Of a stretch of DNA of 64,000 nt, positions 43,341 to 52,075 are shown piece after piece. Position numbers and translations under genes: made by a program. This stretch comes from Microcoleus sp. (lineage in GTDB: Bacteria > Cyanobacteriota > Cyanobacteriia > Cyanobacteriales > Microcoleaceae). Within the stretch, counting starts at the first letter, position 1. Every line of letters starts with the position of its first letter. The stretch covers positions 1 to 64,000 of the forward strand of contig JAYFMW010000015.1 of NCBI GenBank assembly GCA_042408215.1, read 5' to 3'. The notes beneath the pieces are model-generated. The model saw only the letters and a list, made by a program, of their open reading frames with translations. It searched no databases and had not been told where the DNA came from.

Positions 43341-45923
43341 ATGTTAAATCCCCTAAATCGTTTACGTAATTTCCGTAATGGCTCCCTAAGTAATCTCAAA
43401 CTGGGCCACTGGACAATTCAATCCAAGCTGCAAGCGTTGCTCCTAGGAGTTAGCCTCGGTTCTGTAGTGGTAGTTAGTGGAATTGGTTGGTATCAAACAC
43501 AAGCCACCCTCAGAAGCAAAATCGCCGAACAACTTGCAGGTATAAGCAGTACCAAAGCCGAGCAGTTTGAGTCCTACTTTGAAAATTTGAACAATCAAGT
43601 GGGGATGCTGGCATCAGACAGCAACGTTGTGAAAGCGATGGTGGATTTCAATGGAAGTTTCCGCAACCTCGATCGCAACTTTATTCCCGCCGAATGGGAT
43701 ACAGCTTTGGATACTTACTACACCGAGCAATTTTTCCCTCGGTTGCAAAAGAATCTATCCCCACAAGAACTGAACCCCAGTGTCTATCGTCCCACCGGAC
43801 AAGCGACTCGCTATCTCCAGTATCACTACATTGCTGCTAATCCCAATCCAATCGGCAAAAAAGACAAGCTACTTGATGCTGGTGATGGCAGCGATTACAG
43901 CAAAGCTCATGCCAAATATCAAAAATTCTTTGCAGGAATTGTCCAAAAATTTGGTTATTACGATTTATTTTTGATTAACCCTAAAACTGGGGATATCATC
44001 TATTCCTATTTTAAAGAGACAGATTTTGCCACTAATCGACTACAGGGTTTTTACGCCCAGAGTTCACTGACGGACTTGCTGCAGAAAGTCCAGGCAAATC
44101 CAACACAAGGTAGCATTCAGGTTGCTGATTTCCAACCTTACCGACCCTCTTATAACGCTCCCGCCGCTTTCGTAGCAACACCCATTTATAGCGGTTCTAA
44201 CATGATTGGCATCTTGGCAGTGCAAATTCCCATTGACAAGATAGACGAGGCTATTAACCGGAGTAATAATTGGGAAGGTAGTGGTTTGCAGAAAACGGGA
44301 GAAGCTTATTTAGTCGGGCCAGATTTCTTAATGCGTTCGACATCCCGTTTTTGGGTTGAAGACCCCAAAAAATATCAAAATGTTGTTCGTTACACGGGGA
44401 CTGACCAAAGAACTCTGGAACTGATGGAGAACTTCAACACTACCATTGGCTTACAGAAAATCAACAGTCCAGCCGCCTTAGCCGCCTTAGCAGGGAAACA
44501 AGGCATGATGGTAGACCGCAACTATCGGGGGGCAGAGGTATTGAGTTCTTACGCTCCTTTGAAGTTGAACGGCTTAAATTGGGCGATTCTGGCAGAGATG
44601 GAGGTGGGGGAAGCTTATCGTCCGCTTTACACGTTGCAGGTAATTCTGTTGATTGCGGCGGTGCTTTTCCTACTAGGAACAGCGTTTTTAGCGGCAATTG
44701 CTGCCAGGATTTTTACCTCTCCCCTAAGTCGTTTGACTGAAAACGCCCGGAAACTTGTGGCCGGGGAACTAGATGTGGAAGTTGAGGTAACGTCGCAAGA
44801 CGAGTTTGGAGAATTAGCCACAGAGTTCAAAGAGGTGGCGAACAAATTACGCCAAAGTCAGGAAGAACTGGAAACCAAGAAACAGGAGAACGATATTCTG
44901 TTACAGAATATCTTACCCAAGGCGATCGCCGATCGTCGGAAACAAGGAGAAGTATCCATTGCTGACAACTTCAAACAAGTAACCATCCTCAATGCTCATC
45001 TGGCTGGTCTTTCTCAGTTGAACAAACGGCTTTCACCGCAAGAGATGAGAAAATTGCTCACCGAGCTATTTGATGAATTTGACGACTCTGCAGAACGCTA
45101 CGGGTTGGAACGACAGAACTCCGCGACTACAAGCTATATGGCGGTGTGCGGACTCAGCGAAGTTAGATTTGACCACAGCAAGCGAACTGTTGATTTTGCC
45201 CTAGTCATGTTAGAGATTATCCAGCGTCTGAATGTTAAGTATAATTCTGCCTTAGCTTTACGCATCAGCATTCATGCAGGTTCTGTGACAGCAGGGGTAG
45301 TAGGAACAGAGAGATTTGGCTACAGGATTTGGGGAGAAACAGCCTATATAGCAAGTAGTCTCCAGAACCAAGCTGATTTGAACTATATTTTACTGACTCA
45401 AAGTGTCTACGAACGGATCGCAGATAGCTACACTTTCATCCAAAACCCGCCAGTGAAAATTCAAGGACTGGGAGAAGTAGAAACCTGGACGTTGGTAAGC
45501 ACCAGGAAATTAGTTCTGAGTCAGGTGGAGTTGGTTCAGTCATCCTTTGAAAAAGTGAAGCCCATAGCCGATAAGACTGCCGAAGTTTTCTACCAACGAC
45601 TGTTTGAATTAAGCCCTTCCCTGCGTCCTCTGTTTAAAGGGGAGATGAAACAACAGGAGGGTAAGCTAATGGCTACGCTTGCTCTCGCAGTCGATGGTTT
45701 GCGTCAGCCAGAGAAGATTATCCCAGCCATTCAAAATTTGGGTCGTCGTCATGTGGGCTATGGTATCAAGGCTGAATACTACGATATTGTCGGCGAAGCT
45801 TTGCTGTGGGCCTTGGCGCAAGGACTGGGTGTAGAGTTTACTACGCCAGTCCGCAAAGCATGGGAAGAAGCTTACACGTTCCTGAGCGAAATTATGAAAG
45901 AAGCAGGAGAACTTGAGTTGTAA
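43341..45923 (+). CDS. TM - Cache - TM - HAMP - degenerate class III cyclase - globin fusion
   Basis: YYDLFLI/KETDFAT Cache region, DEFGELA HAMP, LLQNILP..IA cyclase linker, C-terminal globin FYQRLF...PLF...LGRRHVGYG. Confidence 0.85.
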   Translation: MLNPLNRLRNFRNGSLSNLKLGHWTIQSKLQALLLGVSLGSVVVVSGIGWYQTQATLRSKIAEQLAGISSTKAEQFESYFENLNNQVGMLASDSNVVKAMVDFNGSFRNLDRNFIPAEWDTALDTYYTEQFFPRLQKNLSPQELNPSVYRPTGQATRYLQYHYIAANPNPIGKKDKLLDAGDGSDYSKAHAKYQKFFAGIVQKFGYYDLFLINPKTGDIIYSYFKETDFATNRLQGFYAQSSLTDLLQKVQANPTQGSIQVADFQPYRPSYNAPAAFVATPIYSGSNMIGILAVQIPIDKIDEAINRSNNWEGSGLQKTGEAYLVGPDFLMRSTSRFWVEDPKKYQNVVRYTGTDQRTLELMENFNTTIGLQKINSPAALAALAGKQGMMVDRNYRGAEVLSSYAPLKLNGLNWAILAEMEVGEAYRPLYTLQVILLIAAVLFLLGTAFLAAIAARIFTSPLSRLTENARKLVAGELDVEVEVTSQDEFGELATEFKEVANKLRQSQEELETKKQENDILLQNILPKAIADRRKQGEVSIADNFKQVTILNAHLAGLSQLNKRLSPQEMRKLLTELFDEFDDSAERYGLERQNSATTSYMAVCGLSEVRFDHSKRTVDFALVMLEIIQRLNVKYNSALALRISIHAGSVTAGVVGTERFGYRIWGETAYIASSLQNQADLNYILLTQSVYERIADSYTFIQNPPVKIQGLGEVETWTLVSTRKLVLSQVELVQSSFEKVKPIADKTAEVFYQRLFELSPSLRPLFKGEMKQQEGKLMATLALAVDGLRQPEKIIPAIQNLGRRHVGYGIKAEYYDIVGEALLWALAQGLGVEFTTPVRKAWEEAYTFLSEIMKEAGELEL

Positions 45924-45985
45924 AATATCGGTGTATAAGGCAATTTTCTGTTTTGAAAATAGGGGGTAGGCGGTAGGGTGTGGGG

Positions 45986-46371
45986 ATTGGTGTCAACTTA
46001 AGGTCAAAGGTAGTTACAGACTGCTGTCTGACGATTAAAAATTCGATCCCCCCTAGCCCCCCTTAAGAAGGGGGGGATTGGAACTAACTTAAAGTTCCCT
46101 TTTACAAGGCGGGGATTGGAAGTAATTTAAAGTTCCCTTTTACAAGGCGGGGATTGGAAGTAATTTAAAGTTCCCCTTTACAAGGCGGGGATTGGAAGTA
46201 ATTTAAAGTTCCCCTTTACAAGGCGGGGACTGAAAGTAACTTAAAGTTCCCTTTTACAAGGCGGGGACTGAAAGTAACTCAAAGTCCCCCGACCTAAGGG
46301 GGATTTAGGGGTATCTAAATTCTGAAACAAGCAAGATTTATCAATGATTTCAGTCTTACGTTGACACCAAT
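45986..46371. mobile_element. MITE family B, copy 2, with internal tandem expansion
   Basis: TIR ATTGGTGTCAAC/GTTGACACCAAT; same internal layout as 12288-12482. Confidence 0.8.
46068..46290. repeat. About six tandem 38-bp repeats (LTRR-like)
   Basis: Unit AAGGCGGGGATTGGAAGTAATTTAAAGTTCCCTTTTAC starting at 46068, 46106, 46144, 46182, 46220 and 46258. Confidence 0.9.
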
Positions 46372-46630
46372 AGGGTGTGGGGTGTGGGAAAAATCCTAGC
46401 ACTTTCGTCATTAGATTTTAGGAGATTGAGACCAGCCGAGGGAATATTACCCCCTAATATGATTAGCTCTCAACCGCCAGATAGCTGGGATCAATTTTCC
46501 CTACACCCGACCCCCTACACCCCACACCCAGCCTCCTTTTTTAGTCCCTTGTCACCCCGTCAAGCACGGGCATCTAACTAATCGAATTGGCTGACAAATA
46601 CTTACTACGTTTATTCGTTAAAAAACAGTC

Positions 46631-48118
46631 ATGGATAAATCACTTCTGGGATGGTTATTGCTTTTAGGGCTGGGATTTCCCTTGTTTGGTATATTGCTTG
46701 GTGAAGCCGCCTCAAGATTGGAACGCGAGCAACACCCCTTAGCAATTGGTCTGCGTCAAGTGCGCGAGTATCTGTTACCGCCGTTAGCGGTGCTATTGAT
46801 AATGCGGCAGCTTTTGAGCGTCGCTGGCAAAGATTCCTGGGCGCGTTTTGCAGAAACGCTAACTTGGGTTGCCGTTATTGTAGCGGGACTTTCTTTGATC
46901 AACGCCCTGTTGACCACAAAAAAGCAACCAATTAAATGGCAAATTCACGTACCTAACCTGTTTTTTCAGGTAGCTAGGGCGTTAGTAATCTTAGGCATTG
47001 GCTATCACATTCTTAATGGAGTTTGGGATATAAGTTTTAGTGGTTTGGGCAGCAGTGTAGGGATAGCTTCAGCGGTAATTGCCCTCGCGCTGCAAGATAC
47101 CCTCAGCAACTTGGTATCAGGATTGCTGCTGCTATTTGCTAAACCGTTCAGAACGGGTGACTGGATTGAGGTAGACGGAAAGCAGGGGCGGGTACTAGAG
47201 CAAAACTGGTGGTCGGTCACCATAGGAACTCCTGCCTGGAAGTTAAACGTTCCCAATGGGGTATTGTCGAAGGCAAGGATTATCAATTACGGTCAGGGAG
47301 CAATTTGGAAAAATATTTCTGCCAGCTTTTCTTACGACGACTCTCCTAATCAGGTGATTCCAGCATTAAGTAGCTTGTTGGAGGGTATAGATATGATCGA
47401 AGGTAAAGGTTTTGCTGAAGTTAGTTCCTATGGAGACTCCAGTATCACCTACGACCTTTGGTATAAGGTGCTGCCTGAAAAATCTATTCTCGTTGCTCCG
47501 GAACTCAAATCCCGACTTTACTATCTGACCAAACGTTATGGTTTTACCGCCCCCTATCCGATTCAAATGCATTACAACGTCGATGCGAAACAAGGAATAC
47601 CGAGCCAAATTCCCCAAGCATTAGAAAACCGCCAACAGGAATTGGTAACTTATTTGCGATCGCTCCCATATTTCCTAACGCTCAATGATAATCAGATTGA
47701 AACATTGGCTGAAAAGGCGAGATTTAAAAGCTACGGCCAAGGTGAGCTAATTATTCAGGAAGGTAAAGAAGACGAGGGACTTTATCTTATGTTCAAGGGT
47801 AGGGGACAGGCTTACCTAAAAGATGAAAAAGGCGATCGCAAGGTAGTGGACGAGCTGGAACTTAACGAAGCCTTTGGTGAAATGGCTATCTTTCCCGGAG
47901 AGTTAAGTCCAGTTACAGCCATCGCCAAGGAAGATGTTGAAGTTGTCGTCATTCCAGCCGCACAGATTGTCGAAGCAATTGAATCTAACAACAAATTTGC
48001 ATCAGAACTTCTAGAATATATCGAAGAACGCAAAAAAATGGTTCTACTTGCCAAAGGAATTAAGGAGGATGTGAAGCCGCCGAGCAACAACGGTAGCCGA
48101 GTGCAAGTGAGAAAATAG
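46631..48118 (+). CDS. MscS-family channel with a C-terminal cyclic-nucleotide-binding domain
   Basis: LALQDTLSNLVSG, PFRTGDWI, VPN; IIQEG...FGEMA. Confidence 0.9.
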   Translation: MDKSLLGWLLLLGLGFPLFGILLGEAASRLEREQHPLAIGLRQVREYLLPPLAVLLIMRQLLSVAGKDSWARFAETLTWVAVIVAGLSLINALLTTKKQPIKWQIHVPNLFFQVARALVILGIGYHILNGVWDISFSGLGSSVGIASAVIALALQDTLSNLVSGLLLLFAKPFRTGDWIEVDGKQGRVLEQNWWSVTIGTPAWKLNVPNGVLSKARIINYGQGAIWKNISASFSYDDSPNQVIPALSSLLEGIDMIEGKGFAEVSSYGDSSITYDLWYKVLPEKSILVAPELKSRLYYLTKRYGFTAPYPIQMHYNVDAKQGIPSQIPQALENRQQELVTYLRSLPYFLTLNDNQIETLAEKARFKSYGQGELIIQEGKEDEGLYLMFKGRGQAYLKDEKGDRKVVDELELNEAFGEMAIFPGELSPVTAIAKEDVEVVVIPAAQIVEAIESNNKFASELLEYIEERKKMVLLAKGIKEDVKPPSNNGSRVQVRK

Positions 48119-48236
48119 TTGAGCAACCGCCAAGAGCGTTCCCTCCGCTACGCTTCGCCCAACGAGCCTCCCGGTAATGGTCATAAAATTCCTTAAATTA
48201 TGGGTAGAAAGAGTGAGATTTTTTGTATTTTTAGGC

Positions 48237-48265
48237 TTGACTTATCAGGGGAATTAGTGTATATT
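48237..48265 (+). promoter_or_regulatory. Sigma70-type promoter candidate
   Basis: TTGACT-17 nt-TATATT. Confidence 0.5.
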
Positions 48266-48410
48266 TTTTCTAGGGTAAATCGTAAATTTTACCTCAACTA
48301 AATACGCTAAATTCAGGTAAGTCAAACACTACATTTTCCAGTAAAATAGACTAAAATATTTCCTCGTTGTTTTTCAATTTCAGTCCCAACCACCTTGGCG
48401 GTTCCCATAT

Positions 48411-49502
48411 ATGTCATCAATCAGCATGAGGATAAGCAGAGCAAAAAAATACATAAATTACTTATTTTTGCTCAACCTAGTTTTACTGTTAACAGCCTGC
48501 GCTGGTCAATCAAAAACCTCACAAGCAAATATTGACAATAAAGCTAGTGCAGACAAATCTTCAAAAGAAAACTTGGGTATTCAGAAAGTCGAGGGGAAAT
48601 TAGTTAAATCACCCTCAACTCAAAACTCAGCTAAACAGGGTATTGTGTTACCCGAAGTAAACCCCCTGGAACTGGAGGGAACACTGGCGATATCGGGAAG
48701 CCAGGTAGTTTTGCCGATTAGTCAGGCTATTGCTCAACGCTTTATCCAAGACGGCTATCCCAGCAAGATTAATCTCGCTGGTATTGATACTCAGGTTGGC
48801 TTCAAGCTATTTTGCGAGGATAAAAAGGTAGATATTGTCAATGCGGTTCGCCCGATTACCAGTCAGGAGTTAGCAGCCTGTGCGAAGTCAGGTGTTGAGC
48901 CGATAGACTTTCAAATAGCCACCGATGCTGTCACCATTGTAGTCAGTTCTCAGAATACTTTCCTCCCAAACAGTCTGACCCGCGATGAACTAGCAAAGGT
49001 ATTTACTGTTCAAAAGTGGTCAGATGTCAATCCCAAATGGCCAAAAGAGCTGATTAAACGCATTATCCCAGCGGGGGCTACTACTGGCGGCTCTGTTGAC
49101 CTGCTTTCCCAAGCTATTTTCCAAGGGAACGTTAGCCAACTTACTAATGCTCCCAATACGACATTTTATGACTTTGTAGAGCAGTTGCACTCAGAGGCTT
49201 TAATTAATCCCTACATGGTTGGCTTTTTAGAGTATGCTTCCTATAAACAAAACAGCGACAAAGTGAGGGCGATCGCGATTGATAAAGTAGAGCCTTTCCT
49301 ATCAACATATCCGATCACTCGTCCGCTGTATATTTATGCGGATGCCAAAGCGATGCGGCAACGACCGGAAGTAGAAGGATTTGTTAACTATTACTTGACC
49401 TATGTGAACGAAGAAATTTCTGGTTTGGGCTACTTCCCAGTTAAACCAACCGTATTGGATGAGTCAAAAACTAAGTTTTTACAAGTGAAGGGTAATAAAT
49501 AG
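48411..49502 (+). CDS. PstS-like (PBP_like_2) substrate-binding lipoprotein, divergent
   Basis: Lipobox LTAC; GFKLFC, DAVTIVV, YPITRPLYIY. Confidence 0.8.
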   Translation: MSSISMRISRAKKYINYLFLLNLVLLLTACAGQSKTSQANIDNKASADKSSKENLGIQKVEGKLVKSPSTQNSAKQGIVLPEVNPLELEGTLAISGSQVVLPISQAIAQRFIQDGYPSKINLAGIDTQVGFKLFCEDKKVDIVNAVRPITSQELAACAKSGVEPIDFQIATDAVTIVVSSQNTFLPNSLTRDELAKVFTVQKWSDVNPKWPKELIKRIIPAGATTGGSVDLLSQAIFQGNVSQLTNAPNTTFYDFVEQLHSEALINPYMVGFLEYASYKQNSDKVRAIAIDKVEPFLSTYPITRPLYIYADAKAMRQRPEVEGFVNYYLTYVNEEISGLGYFPVKPTVLDESKTKFLQVKGNK

Positions 49503-49561
49503 TTGTTGAAGTAAGCAAGTCGGAAAAATTAGTCGATCGGAAAATTATCAACATTTAAATC

Positions 49562-50396
49562 ATGAAAGAAAACAGAAATTCAGGCGAGTCTGACAAGCAA
49601 GTACCAAATTATTACGACCAAATTGATACTGATAACTTCTATCAAAAGGTCAGTGGTGGCGAACACGTTCATATAGGTTTATTTAAACACCCCAATGAAG
49701 ACTTGGAATCTGCTAAGAAGCGTACCACAGAATATATGGCTTCTCTACTCAATATAGATGATAACTGTCGGATTCTAGACCTCGGTGCAGGGATATGGAG
49801 GTGCAGCCAGATACCTAGCCAAAACCTATTCTTGTCGAGTCTCTTGCTTAAATATTAGCCAAACGCAAAATGCCATTAACATTCAGCGCAATCAAGACCA
49901 AGGATTAACAGATTTAATCGAGGTTGAAGAGGGAAGTTTTGAGCAATTACCCTACTCAAATTCTAGTTTTGATGTGATTTGGTCGCAAGATGCTATCTTC
50001 CACAGCAATACGCCCGAAAAGGTTTTTCAGGAGTGTATTAGGGTATTAGGCGATGAAGGTGAGTTCATCTTCAGTGCTGTCATGCTTGACGATAGCATTT
50101 CTCAGGAAGAGCAGCAGAAGTTAACTAAATATTACTCGCTGAACCTGCAATATTTACAGACCTATCGCCATCTGGCTAATCAGATGGGTTTATGCGAACT
50201 AAAAATAATTGATTTGTCTGAGAACATTCAAATCAACTATTCAAGATTGCTGGAAAGAATGGAAGTTTTACAAGCAGAAAACGATCGACTTTGGAGTTTT
50301 GAGTTCTACACAAACATGAAACGGAGGTTACTTGACTGGGTTGATGCTGGAGAGAAGGGACTGATTAGCTGGAAAATTTTGCACTTTCAAAAATAA
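49562..50396 (+). pseudogene. Sarcosine/dimethylglycine N-methyltransferase-like SAM methyltransferase with a +1 frameshift
   Basis: GGEHVHIG, ILDLGAG|YGGAARYLA split at the G run 49790-49792, SFDVIWSQDA. Confidence 0.82.
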
Positions 50397-50971
50397 TGAA
50401 CAACCAACAAAAAGGTAAAAAACTGATGATTTTCTACACAAATACTTGGCGGAAAATTTTAACAATTACAGGAATAGCAGTCCTCACCTCCTCTGTTTAT
50501 TTGGGTGATGCTCTGGCTCAATCTTTCACTGACAGTGGAAGTTTATTAATCTCCCAAAATCTAGGGGGAATAGTCCGAAAAATACCCCTGGAAGAAGTAG
50601 CAATTCCAGCAATGTCTTCAGCAAAGACGGCGACTAATGCTGCATTTAACCAAGCCAGAATTGAACTGAAGTCAGATGGTTCGTTAATATACATACTCAG
50701 AGGTAAAAACCAACAAGGCTTTGAAGTTGAAGTACAAGTTACTCCCAGTGGCACTCTTATCCAAGTTGACGAGCAAATAGAACTCAGTGGAGTTCCTGAA
50801 GTTGCTGTAAAATCTTTCAAAAAATGGGCACCAAATGACCCACTTATCAGCACTTGGCGGAGTACCCGTCTTGGCGAATTTTTCTATCAATTTGTCATTC
50901 GGGATTTTTGGTTAGAAATTGCTGCTGATGGTAATAAAGTCGTCATTTACCGCAAAAAAATTAATATTTAG
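50396..50971 (+). CDS. Secreted hypothetical protein (PepSY-like beta repeats)
   Basis: Signal peptide ending ALA; two EV/VP..A repeats; start may be 50425. Confidence 0.6.
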   Translation: MNNQQKGKKLMIFYTNTWRKILTITGIAVLTSSVYLGDALAQSFTDSGSLLISQNLGGIVRKIPLEEVAIPAMSSAKTATNAAFNQARIELKSDGSLIYILRGKNQQGFEVEVQVTPSGTLIQVDEQIELSGVPEVAVKSFKKWAPNDPLISTWRSTRLGEFFYQFVIRDFWLEIAADGNKVVIYRKKINI

Positions 50972-51012
50972 CAAATCAACAGTCAAAATATGCAATTCGG
51001 CGGCACAGAGCT

Positions 51013-52029
51013 ATGAAAACATTTACGATCGGTAATTGGCAGAGAATTGTCGCGGCCACACTAACTGCAACAACAATTGCTTTCACTACTAATGCTGCTT
51101 TTGCTCAATTACTTAAGGGTAGTGGTGCTTCTTTTTCCGAACCTCTTTATCAGCGCTATAGCGCAGAATACGAACGGGAAACAGGCGTCAAGTTCCAATA
51201 CACTGCCATTGGCAGTGGTGGTGGCATTCGGCTGTTCATGAATAAAACTGTGGACTTCGGAGGTACTACTTTAATTCCTACCCCAATTGAGAAAAATCAA
51301 ATGAAAGATGGGTTGCTGATGGTGCCGACAGGAGGAGGGGCAATAGCCATTGTTTACAACCTTGAAGATGCGACTGCCGATGTCAAGTTATCTCGCGAGC
51401 AACTGGCACAAATATTTACAGGTAAAATTTCTAATTGGAACCAGGTTGATTCCCGTTTTCCTAACAAAAAGATTCAAGTTGTAGTTCAATCCGATAGTAG
51501 CGGTGCTACCTTGACTCTCACTAAATACTTGCGAAAAATTACGGGTGGAAAGATAGAAGCAGCGCGGGAACCTAATTGGGGATTTCAGGTTTTCGCTGCC
51601 CTTCCCCAAGATAGTGCAGTGGCGGGAGAAGTACGAAGAATTGATGGTGCGATCGGCTATGTTCAAACAAGCTTTGCTCGTAAGAACAATCTGGCTACAG
51701 CTAGGATTGAAAATCGGACTGGTCGTTACGTGGAACCGACTTTGGCAGAGACTGAAAAAGCCCTAGCCAATATCAAGTTTAACGATGACTTCACGACGGG
51801 CGATATTGATGACCCAGAAGATGGCTACCCCTTGGTTAGTTTGAGTTGGCTACTGTTCTATGAAAAGTATCCCAACGAAACTCTTGTCCAAGCTAATAAG
51901 AACTTGTTGACATGGATTTTAACTAAGGGTCAAGCATTTAATCGAGAGCTAGGATACACGAAAATTCCCGAAGATGTAGCTAATAAAGTGATTGAAACTG
52001 CCAATAATGAATTGAGGGTTCGTCCCTAA
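51013..52029 (+). CDS. PstS-family periplasmic binding protein with altered phosphate ligands
   Basis: GSGASF, YTAIGSGGG, IAIVYNL, GAIGYV, GYPLVS.SW. Confidence 0.85.
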   Translation: MKTFTIGNWQRIVAATLTATTIAFTTNAAFAQLLKGSGASFSEPLYQRYSAEYERETGVKFQYTAIGSGGGIRLFMNKTVDFGGTTLIPTPIEKNQMKDGLLMVPTGGGAIAIVYNLEDATADVKLSREQLAQIFTGKISNWNQVDSRFPNKKIQVVVQSDSSGATLTLTKYLRKITGGKIEAAREPNWGFQVFAALPQDSAVAGEVRRIDGAIGYVQTSFARKNNLATARIENRTGRYVEPTLAETEKALANIKFNDDFTTGDIDDPEDGYPLVSLSWLLFYEKYPNETLVQANKNLLTWILTKGQAFNRELGYTKIPEDVANKVIETANNELRVRP

Positions 52030-52075
52030 TAAAAAGGCTTGTTATCCATTGTCTGTCTGAGAAAAAGGAAAAATT

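Larger units (their letters stand above)
45961..46529. repeat. Element with inverted heptamer arrays hosting MITE B
   Basis: GGGTGTGGGGTGTGGGAAAA on the left and TTTTCCCTACACCC...CCCCACACCC on the right. Confidence 0.6.

Noticed and set aside
46068..46290. Possible CRISPR array
   Set aside because: The 38-bp units are contiguous with no unique spacers, lie inside a MITE, and no cas genes are present
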